A DNA stretch of 64,000 bases from Podarcis filfolensis (taxonomy: Eukaryota), in the NCBI GenBank assembly GCA_964270895.1, contig OZ185443.1, one strand, 5' to 3'. Within the stretch, counting starts at the first letter, position 1. The number at the start of each line of letters is the position of its first letter. Below are positions 11,945 through 24,316 of the stretch, in pieces. The position numbers were made by a program, and so were the translations under genes. A model generated the notes under the pieces. That model had not been told where the DNA came from. It saw nothing but the letters and a program-made list of their open reading frames with translations, and did not search any database.

Positions 11945-14900
11945 CTAGGGGGGAAAAGATATTTGAAATGCGAGAGGTTACCCAAGTTACAATACTAATA
12001 CTGGATATGCCACTCTTCATTTATTATCTCACACATGAACATGTCACAGTTCACAGAGCTAGAAAGTCAAATCCATGCAACGAGCAAGGTCACTTTTGTT
12101 TTTAAAGAAGGTCCTCTGGAACTCTCAGAGTATGAAGTCACACAGGAAAAGCTTTGAATCTTGTATTATCAAGTAAAGGGTTTGCTGCTTGAAAAGAGAA
12201 ATGAGAACAATACACAAACACTGACCTGCAGTGAACCGGATGAATTTGATGACTGAAATTGGTCATCCAGTGAGTGCCACTAAAGTGCACAAGAGCATGC
12301 CAATAGGTGTAACAAAATCTGGACTGCCATTTTTTGTTAGAGAAAAGCTAAATACGGCTATGACTATTCGGGGAAGAGAAGCAACAGGGGGCAAGAGGGA
12401 AGGCTTAACTCCTTCCATGCCTGCTGCACAAAGGATCTGCTGTCCAGATGCATGTCTGCCAGCTGACAGAGGACTCCTGCTCGCAGACAACCTCTGCGCA
12501 GACTAGTTCATCACCCTGGAACATACATAACAATATAGCGAGTGCATTTAAGTATATGTAGAATGCTTCCCTGAATGATGATAGCTCACCCTGCACATAT
12601 ACCTCAATGCCACTGAGTTTTAGCATATTCTGAAAATTGCTGAAAACCCCTGCTTGAAATTTCAGTGGACAGAAAAACGAAGTTTCAAGGTTCAGGTAAG
12701 CATGTCTCTTGCCTCCTTTGTTTTCTGGAAATATTTTAGAAAACCAGCACTTACAAAAAAAAAACAGTCAATATATAAGCCAAGGGTGGCTAGCCCATTG
12801 CCCACGGGCCACATTTGACCCCCAAAGAGGTGTTTTTTTGTCACCCTGAAATTTGTCAATTAAAAAAAATACTGCTCCTGTGGTGCCATGATGTCAAAAG
12901 TGTTTTCTGCCCCTAAGCAGAAAATTGTCCATTAAAAAACCCATCTTTAAATTACAAACATGGAAGTTTGGAATCTGTGAAAACTGGCAACACTGTACAG
13001 CAGGTCCTCCAGCCCAGCATAATAATAAAAAAGTAGCTTTCTAGTGCTCAAAGCTCACTCACTCTTAGTCTGATCAAAAGTGGTAGGCAACCTGGTGTCC
13101 TGGAACTACATTTCCTGACCACTGATGAGTCTGGCTGGGGATGATGGGAACTGTAGTCCAATAACGAGGGACAAAGGCTATATTAGTAGCTATGATGGCT
13201 ATGCTCTGCCTGCACAATGGAATGCTTCTGAATGCCAGTTGCTGGAAACCAATGGAAGGGAGAGGGCACTAGTGCTTGGGCTTCCCTCAGGCATCTGGAT
13301 GGCCATTATGAGAACAGTATGGCAAATTAGTTGGGCTCCTCTTAATCTTCTTATCTGGAAGGTACCAGGATCCCTAATTCACACAGATCTTGCTGACATG
13401 CCCTGATGATCCTTAATGCTCATGCAAAAATAAGTTACACAGAATTTAATGGGGTTCGCTGTCGAGTAAGTGTGCCTATGATTGCAGTCGTTGTTTTCAG
13501 GCCAGCAATATTAATGGTGAAGCCTACATACAGATTTCTTCCTCAACCATAAAAACTTTTACTTGGACTTGCATCTTTTTTTGTTTCAGTGAAGCTTACA
13601 TCCATGTAAATGTATTTAGATTTATGGGTGGTTTGTGTTGTTTTTTTTGAAATAATGAAGATATTACTCCCTTCAGAATCAAAGTGACAGTTCTAAAGAT
13701 TAAAATGAAACCACAGAAAACTAATGACAAACTGTGCAGGCATCTGCTACTCCAAAAATGCACAAATAAAATAGATAGAGAATAATGATTGCAATTTTTT
13801 GTTGGATATCATTTAAGCTGCAGATGAATACAACTGTATGAAGCCCCATGTAAATTAATTATATCATTATCCTGATATACAGAAGCAAGTTGACAGGCTT
13901 GGAATTCCTTTTCCACTGAAACCTGTTGCTCTGCAGCAAAGCTGGAATCAAATGCTCACTGAATGGGGCCTCTGAGCAGATGTCATGTGCTATTAGAAAG
14001 TTTGAACTTTTCCATGGAATAAACCAGGTTCTCTCTCAGCAGGGAAGCCAATCTTTCAAAATGTATTACATTCCAGGCAAAGTCCTGTATACTGTACATT
14101 GTTATGATTTTAAATTGGTAATAAAATAGCAAATGATTTCTTCGTTGTTTAGAATTCATCCTATTTTAACCGCAACACATTGAAATGGCAAATCAGCAAA
14201 TCAATCTATGCTCTTCTAAAACAAATACTAAAACAGGAGAGTGATGGGGACAGAACATGGAGAATTAAATGCAACTTAATTGGATTAACATCCTAAAACA
14301 ATTAAATAAACAGAAGTGTGATGAACAACACCAGAACGGCATAGACCGTAATTTCCTAAGTTCCTATGAAAGGAATTTCACTAACAGGATACTTTTCCTG
14401 GCAGAAGGGGAAGGGGATGGATTTTCCTCCCCCAGTCTTCCTGCTCTTGTGCTGCTATGATTTGTCTTACTGTGGGTTATGATCTGTCTTGCTCGAGACA
14501 AACCATGAGATGTAACCAAGGTAAACAAAGGTTTGTTCTTACCCTTTGTGATTTATCTGGAGGAGACAAACCACAAACCCAGGTTTCAACAACGTGCTAA
14601 GTCAAACCATGGCTTAGCAGTGGATATCATGACAGAAGGAGAACTAGGGAAAAAGTCAGCAGCCATGCCCTCCTCTTCAGAAAGTTGCACATTGGCTTGT
14701 TCATGCTAAGCAATGGTTTTCCTTAGTGACATGTGCAAACTATGGGTGGGTATCATTGCATTGTTTTCCTGGCTACAATGTTAATCATCCTGTCCTGATT
14801 TCAAACATTCTTTTCACACTGCATCACCTGTTTTGTTATGGAACTGTGGCTTTTTGATGAATATACTGCCTTGTTGTGCTAAGTTTTCCTCACACCAGTG

Positions 14901-16717
14901 AACATGATGTGACACAGCAGCAGACATCTTTGGACATTTTACCACCCCCTGTGTGCATGCATGCTTCTGTTTCGTGTTCAGTTCTGAAAATTGTGGGAAA
15001 GGCCTATATGCACGAATGCCATCCCCAATTTTAGCACCTGGTGTGATCCATGAAAAGAGCGGGAAAATTACAGTGCAAAACTCCTGTGATGTTCCATGTT
15101 ATAATGGGGTTACAGACTTTTTTTTTTCCTGGAAGCAATTGACATGGAAATGAACACTGAACTTCCACAATATTCTGCTAAATTCCCAGAGGTGACTTTT
15201 ACACTGTGTGAAAGATCACATAAAATGCAGAAATGATCAAGTAAGGAAAAGTCAGCAAAACAGAATAAAGTGCTGTCTGAATACAGCCTGAGCCACTATA
15301 TGCTAAGGACTGTAATGATCTGAATGTTCTGAAACAAAGTGCCTTGAACAGTCTGTAACTATGATACTGACTGCCAGATCCATGTGGCTATTCTGTACAT
15401 AAATTGCCTGACATGTTGCACATCATATACTTGACTTTCAAGTGGCCCACATGTAACTGCAGAGTTATGTGTAAATCACACTTTAGCATAATGAAAACAG
15501 TAGCTGTTTTACAATTCTGCAGATCAGAATTCAAAACAGACTATTATCCAAAAAGTAAACAGTGAGGGCTTTGATCAGGCTCCTAATTATCTATGTCCTT
15601 AATCTGGAAAGCAAAACAATATTGGGCAATACAAATCCCTGGAAAGTTGGGAGCTTGAAATTCTTGCTTGGAATGGACAGGCTAGCAGATCATCTGTCTA
15701 TGCAGCAAAGCTGCCATCCAAATCTATGAAGTGATAACTATGTGAAAATTATTGTTGATATGACCCATATTGCACAGTATCTGATCGTAGCCAGATGATT
15801 TTACTTTGGATGTTATATCTCCTTTCAAAATATCAAGTCAAGACAATGTGCACTTTGAAGTGATACTAAAAATATGTGTAGTGCATTTAGAAGGTCAAGT
15901 ATAGACTATAATTCATATTTGTAGTCAAAGTGGAATGTGAAACCTACATGGATTGTTTCAGCTTGGTGCAGATTTTTGATTCACCATGCTTTTCTATATT
16001 CTTTCCTATGATCCGTGGGCACAAAAAGAATACACATAAATTCTGTGAAGCATGACATCCTCTTGTTAAGTATAGGGCTTCAGGAATGTGGGTTTTGCAT
16101 TGCAATTTAAAAAACAAAAAAGAAAAGAAAACCCAAACTTTAAATATATATAAAAATCACTTAACTCTTTGGAAAAGTTATTGCTGCTGGAAGACTAGGA
16201 AATCAGGTTATTTAAGAAACCACTGACTAAGTCAGTCTTGCCCCTTAATGACTTCTGCATAACCCACAGTAAGCCTGCCTTTTCTTTGTTATTGAATTAT
16301 GCTTTAAAAACACCCTGTTTGACTCTTGAAGATTAACCAACAGGATAAGTATTCCTTGCCATATGTTCAGGTTTTACTGGTCTTATCCTAGCAATTAAGT
16401 TTTCTGTAGCCTTGGAGCTGAAGAATTAACTCACAGACTTTCAATTTATAAGTTGTAGCGTTCTGTTTCATCAGCAGTCCGAGACCACTGTTGCTAGGAA
16501 ATTTTTGAGAAAATGTATAAGTTGGGAAATTTGCTTTGCACATCACCACGCTACTCAACCAACATCTGCTATTAGAGTTAAATAAAACAGCACTGAGAAT
16601 GCACAATCGAGGTTCCACATTATTGAGAACATGCATGTATAGAACAGACCCCCATCTACAGATGTCCCCCAACCAAGTGGCAGGAGGCAGGGGGTAGGTT
16701 GACATAATAGAAAGAAC

Positions 16718-17275
16718 AATGGTTAGAGTGTCAGACTAGGACTTGGCAGTAAAGGTAAAGGTACCCCTGACCGTTAGGTCCAGTCGCAAACGACTCTGGG
16801 GTTGCGGTGCTCATCTCGCTCTATAGGCCGAGGGAGCCGGCGTTTGTCCACAGACAGCTTCCGGGTCATGTGGCCAGCATGACTAAGCCGCTTCTGGCGA
16901 ACCAGAGCAGCGCACGGAAACGCCGTATACCTTCCCACCAGAGTGGTACCTATTTATCTACTTGCACTTTGATGTGCTTTTGAACTGCTAGGCTGGCAGG
17001 AGCAGGGACCGAGCAACGAGCTCACCCCGTCGCGGGGATTCGAACCGCTGACCTTCTGATCAGCAAGCCCTAGGCTCTGTGGTTTAGACCACAGTGCCAC
17101 CCGCATCCCTAGGACTTGGCAGACTAGGGTTCAAATCTCCATTCAGCCATGAAGCTCATTGGGTGACCTTTGGCTAGTTGATGCCTCTTAGCCTAACCAA
17201 CCTCATGGGGTTGTTGTGAGGATAACATGGACAGGGGGGAACCATATATGCCACCCTGAGCTCCTTAGAGGAATA
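16718..17275 (+). mobile_element. Older tRNA-derived CORE/MIR-like SINE split by the Sauria SINE
   Basis: A-box-like TGGTTAGAG before the insert; B-box-like GGTTCAAATC and ATGAAGCTCATTGGGTGACCTT...CTTAGCCTAACC after it; same family as 53302-53690. Confidence 0.75.
16750..17108 (-). mobile_element. Sauria SINE, full length, 14-bp TSD
   Basis: tRNA-like head GGATGCGGGTGGCACTGTGG...GGTTCGAATCC on the minus strand; (CCTTTA)n tail; CTAGGACTTGGCAG at 16736-16749 and 17109-17122. Confidence 0.93.
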
Positions 17276-17326
17276 AGAATAATAATACATGTTAGATATC
17301 TGCAAGGGATATATCTTACACAGAGA

Positions 17327-17498
17327 AGGCCATAGTTGAGTGACATGCAGAAGGCCCTGGGTTCAGTCCCTGGTATTTCCAGGTATAGCTGGGAAAGTAC
17401 CCTGCCTGGAATCCTGGAGAGCTGCTGCCAGTCAGTTTAGTCAATACTGAGCTCAATGGACCAAAGGCCTGACTTAATCTAAGGCAAGTTCCTACGTT
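17327..17498 (+). mobile_element. tRNA-derived SINE with CR1-type tail (decayed)
   Basis: GCAGAAGGCCCTGGGTTCAGTCCCTGG...CCTGGAGAGCTGCTGCCAGTCAG...GGACCAAAGGCCTGAC; paralog at 21421. Confidence 0.7.
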
Positions 17499-20400
17499 GC
17501 TTTTATCTGCTGGAAACAAAGGTCATGGATGTTCCTATAGTGACTCTGTTAGCGATGCTAGAAGGAGATACAAAGTAGAAACAGGACTATGATGTAGAGC
17601 AAAATAATTCTGTAGGAATATGTAAACATTAGAATTTACACAGAACGCTTTAAAAGGCAATAAGTGGCTTGAAGACCACAGCACGGAATGCAATGGGGGT
17701 GGAGTGGGGCAAAGAAAAATAGAATAGCTTTCTTGAAATATGTAATTTGCCAAACCACTTAAGGGAACAGAGCTAACTATGAGGAAAGAAGCGTAACAAA
17801 TCAAGATTGTGAAGCTGCATGGTTTGGATTTATTTTAAGCCTGAAAAAAGCATGCCAGTGAGGCAGCTACAAATGTAACCCTTCTCTAGGCATAGAAGGA
17901 AACATGAAAGAAAGAAAGAAAAATCTTGCTAGGTTTTGCAGAGGCAAAGAGAAATACCAAACAATATGTCTGCAAAGGTAGCAGGCTTGAAACAAAGAAA
18001 GTAAGGAACAACTAATCTGGCAAGTGCAGGCTTTTAAGGTTCGAATCAGAGCAAGTTGGTTGAAGGAGTTCTTCAGGTAACAGGCCGTTCTGCCTCATAA
18101 ATGTGCAGGGTGGCAGAAGGGAGGGGGGGGGGAGAAGGAGGAAAAACCATAGTTCACTCAGATGGCAAGCCAAGGCTGCTAGTAAGGATCCAGATGTGCT
18201 ACTCTATAGTCAGGCAATTAATAACAGCAAGGATGGAAGCCAACATTTCTCCAGAAAAATGTTCAAAGATGAAAAAGTGAGGATAAAAGCTGCCGCTTTC
18301 TGGGGTGGCACACTGCCATTTCGCTCATCTCTGACTTTCAACATATGGTGTTATTTATTTGTTTCATTTCAAGAAAAGCTTCTCCCCCCCCCACCCCATC
18401 ATTTTCTCTCTCTCACACACAAAGGTAGAGGTACTCAAATCTGAATACAACAAAACTGACTTACCGGTATTTCACTTTGTGCAAAGACAGTAATACCTTT
18501 AGAAGGAAAATGTGCTCTTTTTCAATGGTAAGGCAAATCCACTAATTATCTGTTCATTAAATCTCTCTCTTTCCTTGACTTCAAATAGTTGCATGCTATG
18601 TTACTAGACACTCACATCTAATAACTGCATCTTCCCTTTGTAGACTATGATAGAGGACACTCTAGCAATGGGAAACTGCTTCTTCATCATGTTTTAAGAG
18701 TTGTGGCTGAGTTTCCAACTTCATAGGATTTCACAGTATATTTGTGCTGCTAAGAACCTCAGATGACAGGCCCATATGAACCACCATCTCAGCAGCCTGC
18801 CTGTTCTGGTGGTGGCTCATTATCATTCCCAAACATATTAGCATGGTGTGGGCTGACTTTTTTGTGCAGCTACCCTGAGCTGACCATGCCATGGGAACAA
18901 ATAATGTTACACAAAGGGCAGATTTACACCAGGCCGTTAAAGCACATCCAGCACACATTTAAAACATATGGCTTCCCCCCAAAAATTCTGGGTACTGTAG
19001 TTTATTAAAGATGCTAGGGATTTGTAGCACTGAGAGGGAAAACTACAGTTCCAAAGATTATTTGTGGGAAGTCCTATGCCTTAAATTATGCTGTGGATAT
19101 GCCTTTAGTAATATAGATAGCTAGAAATAAAAACTGAAGGTTGGTGAGAGAAGGGGAGGAGCACAAGAAAAAACATCCATTACCTCATTTTGATTGCTGT
19201 TTTGCATAGCTTGCAAATGGTAAGATATATCACCCAGGCTCCAAAATGAACATACTATAGGGGTCACTATGTGATTGACTTCTTCAGTTTTCCTATTAAT
19301 TGAATTGTGGGGAGGATGCTATCTCTGAAAGCAAGAAGGCATGCAGCCATTACCTAGGGATACCTTTGCAAAGCAGAACAGCTGGAATGCTTGAGGGACA
19401 TCTGAAGGCAGTGCCTTGTCTCACTTACAAATGAGTGAGATAAAGAGAATGGAGGAAGAGAAAGGAACTCAATAAAGCATATCTCATAGTTAACACCAAA
19501 AAGAATTCTGCCATCAGCCAGCAGTTGTGGCTATGTGTGCAGCTGATCTGCAAGGGCCCTTTTACACAAGCCACACTGGAATGGCAGCTGCTCCTAAAAA
19601 TCATTGAAGGATAAGAATGCAGGAAAAACTCTCTATGCATTGATATGGTTTGTGATTCATGGGTTTGAAGAAGTTTGCTAAAAGTCAGTTCCTACAAAGT
19701 TCCATGTAAGCTCTCCCCACTTCACACACAGCTATCTAACCTCTTTGTAACTGAAGTCCACCATCAATGTGAGCGAGTGACCTCCATACCCAGGAGCCTG
19801 GTGCACAGAGGTCCTCAGTTTTTCTAGACCAAAGAAGTATGATGTAACAAGCCAACCCCAGGAGCATCATATCTGCAAGTCTACCATAACAGTAGCAGAA
19901 TGTGTGGTTAGATAGAGCTACGGAGCCACTGTCCACATAAACCTACAGTGATGACAAACATGAAGACAAATAAGATTCTTGTGTCTGTGTAGACAGACAT
20001 TTGGATGATATTGATTTTGTTAAGGAACATGTTTGGTGGGACATTGGTGTTACTGTTGCTGCTTATTTATTGAGTCAGGATGGTGGAGAGTTTGAGACTT
20101 GAAGGATTTCTACTTGTCCTTTTCTATCACCCATCTGTCTACCTAGAGACACAAAATACATTTGCTTCCATGTCTGCCATCACACCAAGTTTCCAGTACT
20201 TGTGTGGAGTATGTGTATACTACTACACTACGGGTGCAATCAGAGAAAGAAAATAATGAGGCAACTAAGACTTTGCCCTTCCCTTCATATGGTGCTCTAT
20301 TTTTGAAAAGCACACACACAACTTATAAATCTGGGTTCTATGTAAGGAAGTACATTTCTGAAAATAACCAACCAGCATTCCCCCCACCCCACACCACCCC

Positions 20401-21420
20401 CAGTAATAAAAACCAAACCAAGGCCCGTGAGGTAATATCTATTGCATGATTTATTTTCAGAGATTGTATGGATGAGTGTTAGTTTTTGACAAGCTGCCCT
20501 TTTTCATGGTTTTGGCACACTCGGCTTTGCTTGCTGCAAAGGAATTCTGCCGTGTTATCTAGGCTGAAAACTGTGTGAATTACACAAGCTTAAAAATAGA
20601 AGTGACACATAGAAGGCATTAAATAAATATTTTTAAGGGCTACTATGTACAATAAATGTGGATCCTCACTGTAGCTTACACAGTTGCTTACTCAACGGTA
20701 GTCCCTTTGTCTGTTTTGTCCCCATGAGTCTGAAAGTCAAAAACTTGGCAAAAAGCTCCTCAAACAATTCCAGATACAAGGTTTATAGCTTCTTCTTTTT
20801 TATTTCAGTAAGATTCGGTTCACTGGAGTATTATGTATTTTTGTGTGTGAACTGGAAACAATGTCAACCAAACCAACAATCACTGGGAAATGTCTATGAA
20901 CACCTTCCAGTATCAGCTCATATTAGCTCACTCTACCCATTGGGATGTCTGCTCCAAACACAACCACATATATGGAGATCCATGTGGCGATTTTGAAAAT
21001 GAAGACAGGGCTTTTGCACTTTTAACAGTAGAAGAGAACATTTAAGTGGATGTATCTTGTTATGTAAACTTCAGTGCCCTCTTCTACACAACTATTAAAG
21101 TTCTAAGAGCCCTGTCCTGGGGTACCTTAGATTTTTACCATGCCAGTACATTTCATTTGGGACACAGGAGGAGGTTTCTATTAACACAGCTAAATGCCAC
21201 AAAAGGCTTGAGGAACCATTTGGAAACTTGGCTTCTTAGATGCAGCTCTGTTTACACAGTATGCTGCTGCTGCTACATATATTTCTATTCCAGAAAGAGG
21301 CTAAATTCATTTGGCCACTGTAAAATAGTAAATATTTTTTATATCTGTGTGGAATGGCCACATGATGGAAGAGACCAGTTATCAACACAGCCAGATCTTT
21401 GTGTTTGTAACAATTCACCC

Positions 21421-21596
21421 TAGCGCAGTTCAGTGGTAGAGCATATGTTTTTCATGTAGAAAGTTCTAGGTTTAATTCCTGGCATTTCCAGGTAAGACTA
21501 GGAAGGGCTCCTGCCTTAAATCCTGGAGAGTCACTAGACGATACTGAGCAAGAAGGACCAATGGACTTACTTAGTATAACACAGATTCCTATGTTC
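21421..21596 (+). mobile_element. tRNA-derived SINE with CR1-type tail (decayed)
   Basis: CAGTTCAGTGGTAGAGCA (A box) ...CCTGGAGAG...GATACTGAGC...GGACCAATGG...TTCCTATGTTCC. Confidence 0.7.
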
Positions 21597-22356
21597 CAGT
21601 TCTGCGGCTCATTTGCTGCTACTCCTCTTTCCCTTTCTTTATGTGCCAGAAGCAAAATGCTTCAGTTTTTATCCTTGTACACACTCCAGAAAACTACAGC
21701 TACCACACCACTGACAACCACATCTTTTATCTCCTGGGCTCCCCAGTGAAAAGCTAGAAAGAAAAATCTTCTAACGGAGAGGACATAAAACGTGTAACTG
21801 ATAGCAGTTGCCAGTAAAATACAGGATAACTTTCATGGTGCTTACAGGAATGCAGCATTCTATACTTAGTTTTTCTCTATCTTATTTCAGCTTGCATTAT
21901 TTCTGTTGTTTGGCAAATAGATCCAGCCTTGGGAAAAAACAAAAACAAATGACCAGTTCCTGCACGGGCAGAGAAGCTACTAAGTGATGGTGACAGAGGT
22001 AGCAAATCAATAAATAAAGCACCATGGAAGTTAAAACTAGATATTAAATCCAGATTTTGAGAGCATAGATCGTTTACAGTGCAATCTAATGCATGTCTAC
22101 TCAGACGTAAGTACCATTAAGTTCACTGAGGCTTAGTCCCAGGTAAGGGTATAGCATTGCAGCCTTAATGTTTGTGGCTGGCTTTAGTGGAATCAGGATT
22201 CCATCACAAGGGTGTTATCAATTTATGTAATTCACCATCTCCCTGAACAGTAAGGAATGTTTAGTTTTACGTTTCATCATTTCTTTATATATAAGACTAT
22301 GTCTCTTGGTACTTAAATAGGGCTGTGCAACCGGATAAATAATTGACTTGGCTTAC

Positions 22357-22531
22357 CTGAATCTGCCGCTGTGATCAGCATGTTATATTGCCCCTTTTTT
22401 TCTCGGTCCAAGCTCTGTACAAGGTGGAGCTCCCCATTGGCTGAGAGCGTAAAGGCCCCATCTTCATTTCCACCAATAAGAAGATAGGTCAATTTGCTAT
22501 TTGGGCCCTGATCATCATCCCTTGCTACAAC
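22357..22531 (-). CDS. FAT4: FAT4 coding exon (175 nt)
   Basis: VVARDDDQGPNSKLTYLLIGGNEDGAFTLSANGELHLVQSLDREKKGQYNMLITAADS(G); TAG acceptor, GTAAG donor, phase 0/1. Missing from the ORF track. Confidence 0.95.
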
Positions 22532-23393
22532 CTATAGAAGTAATGAAGCACAATATAACTGCAAATCCCTACCCAATGTGCCTTTGTTGGCCATACAATT
22601 ATTTTTCATGTATCGAAGGAAAAGTGGCCTTGTGCTTGACGGAGCAGATACGTCTATTAAAACTGATTAAAACAACGAAAAGATCCGGCATACCTTTAAC
22701 TATTCCTTTAAAGATACCAATTATATTCCCACCCCCAGCCAGCTGCTGCTGTCAACAAAAGGTTGAACATAGCTATTTAGAAAACAAATGACATGTTTGT
22801 CATGCATCTATATTAAAAAATGCATCTATAGACATGCATCTATATTAAAAAAAAGATTTAATAACACTTCAGTAACTACACCAAAAAATTACTGCAAAGC
22901 AAAAAATTGAGAGAGAATAAAGAAAAGTGGGTGAAAATGAGAGGCTTTTTTTAAAAAAAAATGAGGTCAAGATAAAAAAAAGCTATTTAGTTTCTGTTTA
23001 ATGCACTGTCAAGGGCTAAAACTATCTTAGAATTATGCAAACAAAACCAAGTCATTATATAGTTAACTGTATATGGTGGTATCAAACCAAATACTTTTAC
23101 AAATGAGACAACTTCCACTTGTGCAATAGGACTTCCCCACCTTGTCCTCCTACCTGTGTTGACCCCAAATATGCTCCCCAAGGTTTGGGGGAACAGAATA
23201 GTTGGAGGTGCAAGGAAGAAATCAGGGGGGAATCCCATTGTGCAAGTGGAAGTCATTCTTCTCATGAAAGGAGCTACTTAAAACCTGAAGCCCCTGTTCA
23301 GCGTAATACAAAATTGATGGCTGACATCCAACAACAGGTTACTCTGATTATGAAGTTGTATGCACTATTTATTACTTTCTCACACATACTAAC

Positions 23394-24316
23394 CTGGAGA
23401 ATGACCTTTGGTAATGTTTCCAAGTTTTCTGGGACATTTACAGAATAGGGAGAGAGTTCAAATGTAGGAATATAATCATTTACATCCTTCAGAATAATGC
23501 TGACTGTAGTGGTATCAATCCGCGGGCTACTTCCACGATCAGCTGACTGAACTGTTAATGCATAAGAAGGTGTCTTCTCTCGGTCCAAAGGTTTAGCTAC
23601 AGTTATTACCCCTGTGACGGAGTCAATCCGAAACACATTGTTAGTATTTCCACTGATGATGGAATAGCGAACTTGCCCATTGGAACCCTCGTCTCCGTCT
23701 GCAGCAACCACCTGAACCACATCTGTCCCAGTTAGAATATTTTCCGCAATCTCAACTTTGTATAATTGTTGAGCAAAGACGGGATTGTTATCATTGATGT
23801 CAAGGACTATCACAACTACATCAGTAGATGAAGAAAGAGGTGGCTGACCTTTGTCCATGGCAACTACAGTCAAGGTGTAATTAGAAACTGTCTCTCTGTC
23901 CAGTTCTCCAGTGAGCCTTACTTCTCCATCAATCGTACCAATACTGAATTTGTTTCTCAAAGGATTTAGTAGATTGTACTCAATGTAGCTGTTTGGACCA
24001 CTGTCTGGGTCCGTTGCTTGGGCTTTGAAAACAATGGTGTCAATAGGGGTATTTTCTGGGATGTAGGTCAGCTTAGGAGAGATAAAACTCGGAGGGTTGT
24101 CATTCACGTCTAGCAGAATGATAGATACTTGTGCTGTGCTTGTGTATCTGGCGGCTGGGAGAGGAGCCATATCATGGACCTGAACAATAAGACTGTAGAA
24201 AGATTGGCTTTCACGGTCCAAAGGCTTCCTGATGCTTAGAATCCCATTTTTGTCAATGTTAAATTGGCTTTGGCTATCTCCAGAAGTAATGCTGTAGGAC
24301 AATTGTGAGTTAGAAC
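23394..24316 (-). CDS. FAT4: FAT4 coding exon (923 nt)
   Basis: (G)SNSQLSYSITSGDSQ...LPKVILQ with three DxNDx linkers and LDRE motifs; AG acceptor, GTTAGT donor, phase 1/0. Confidence 0.95.
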
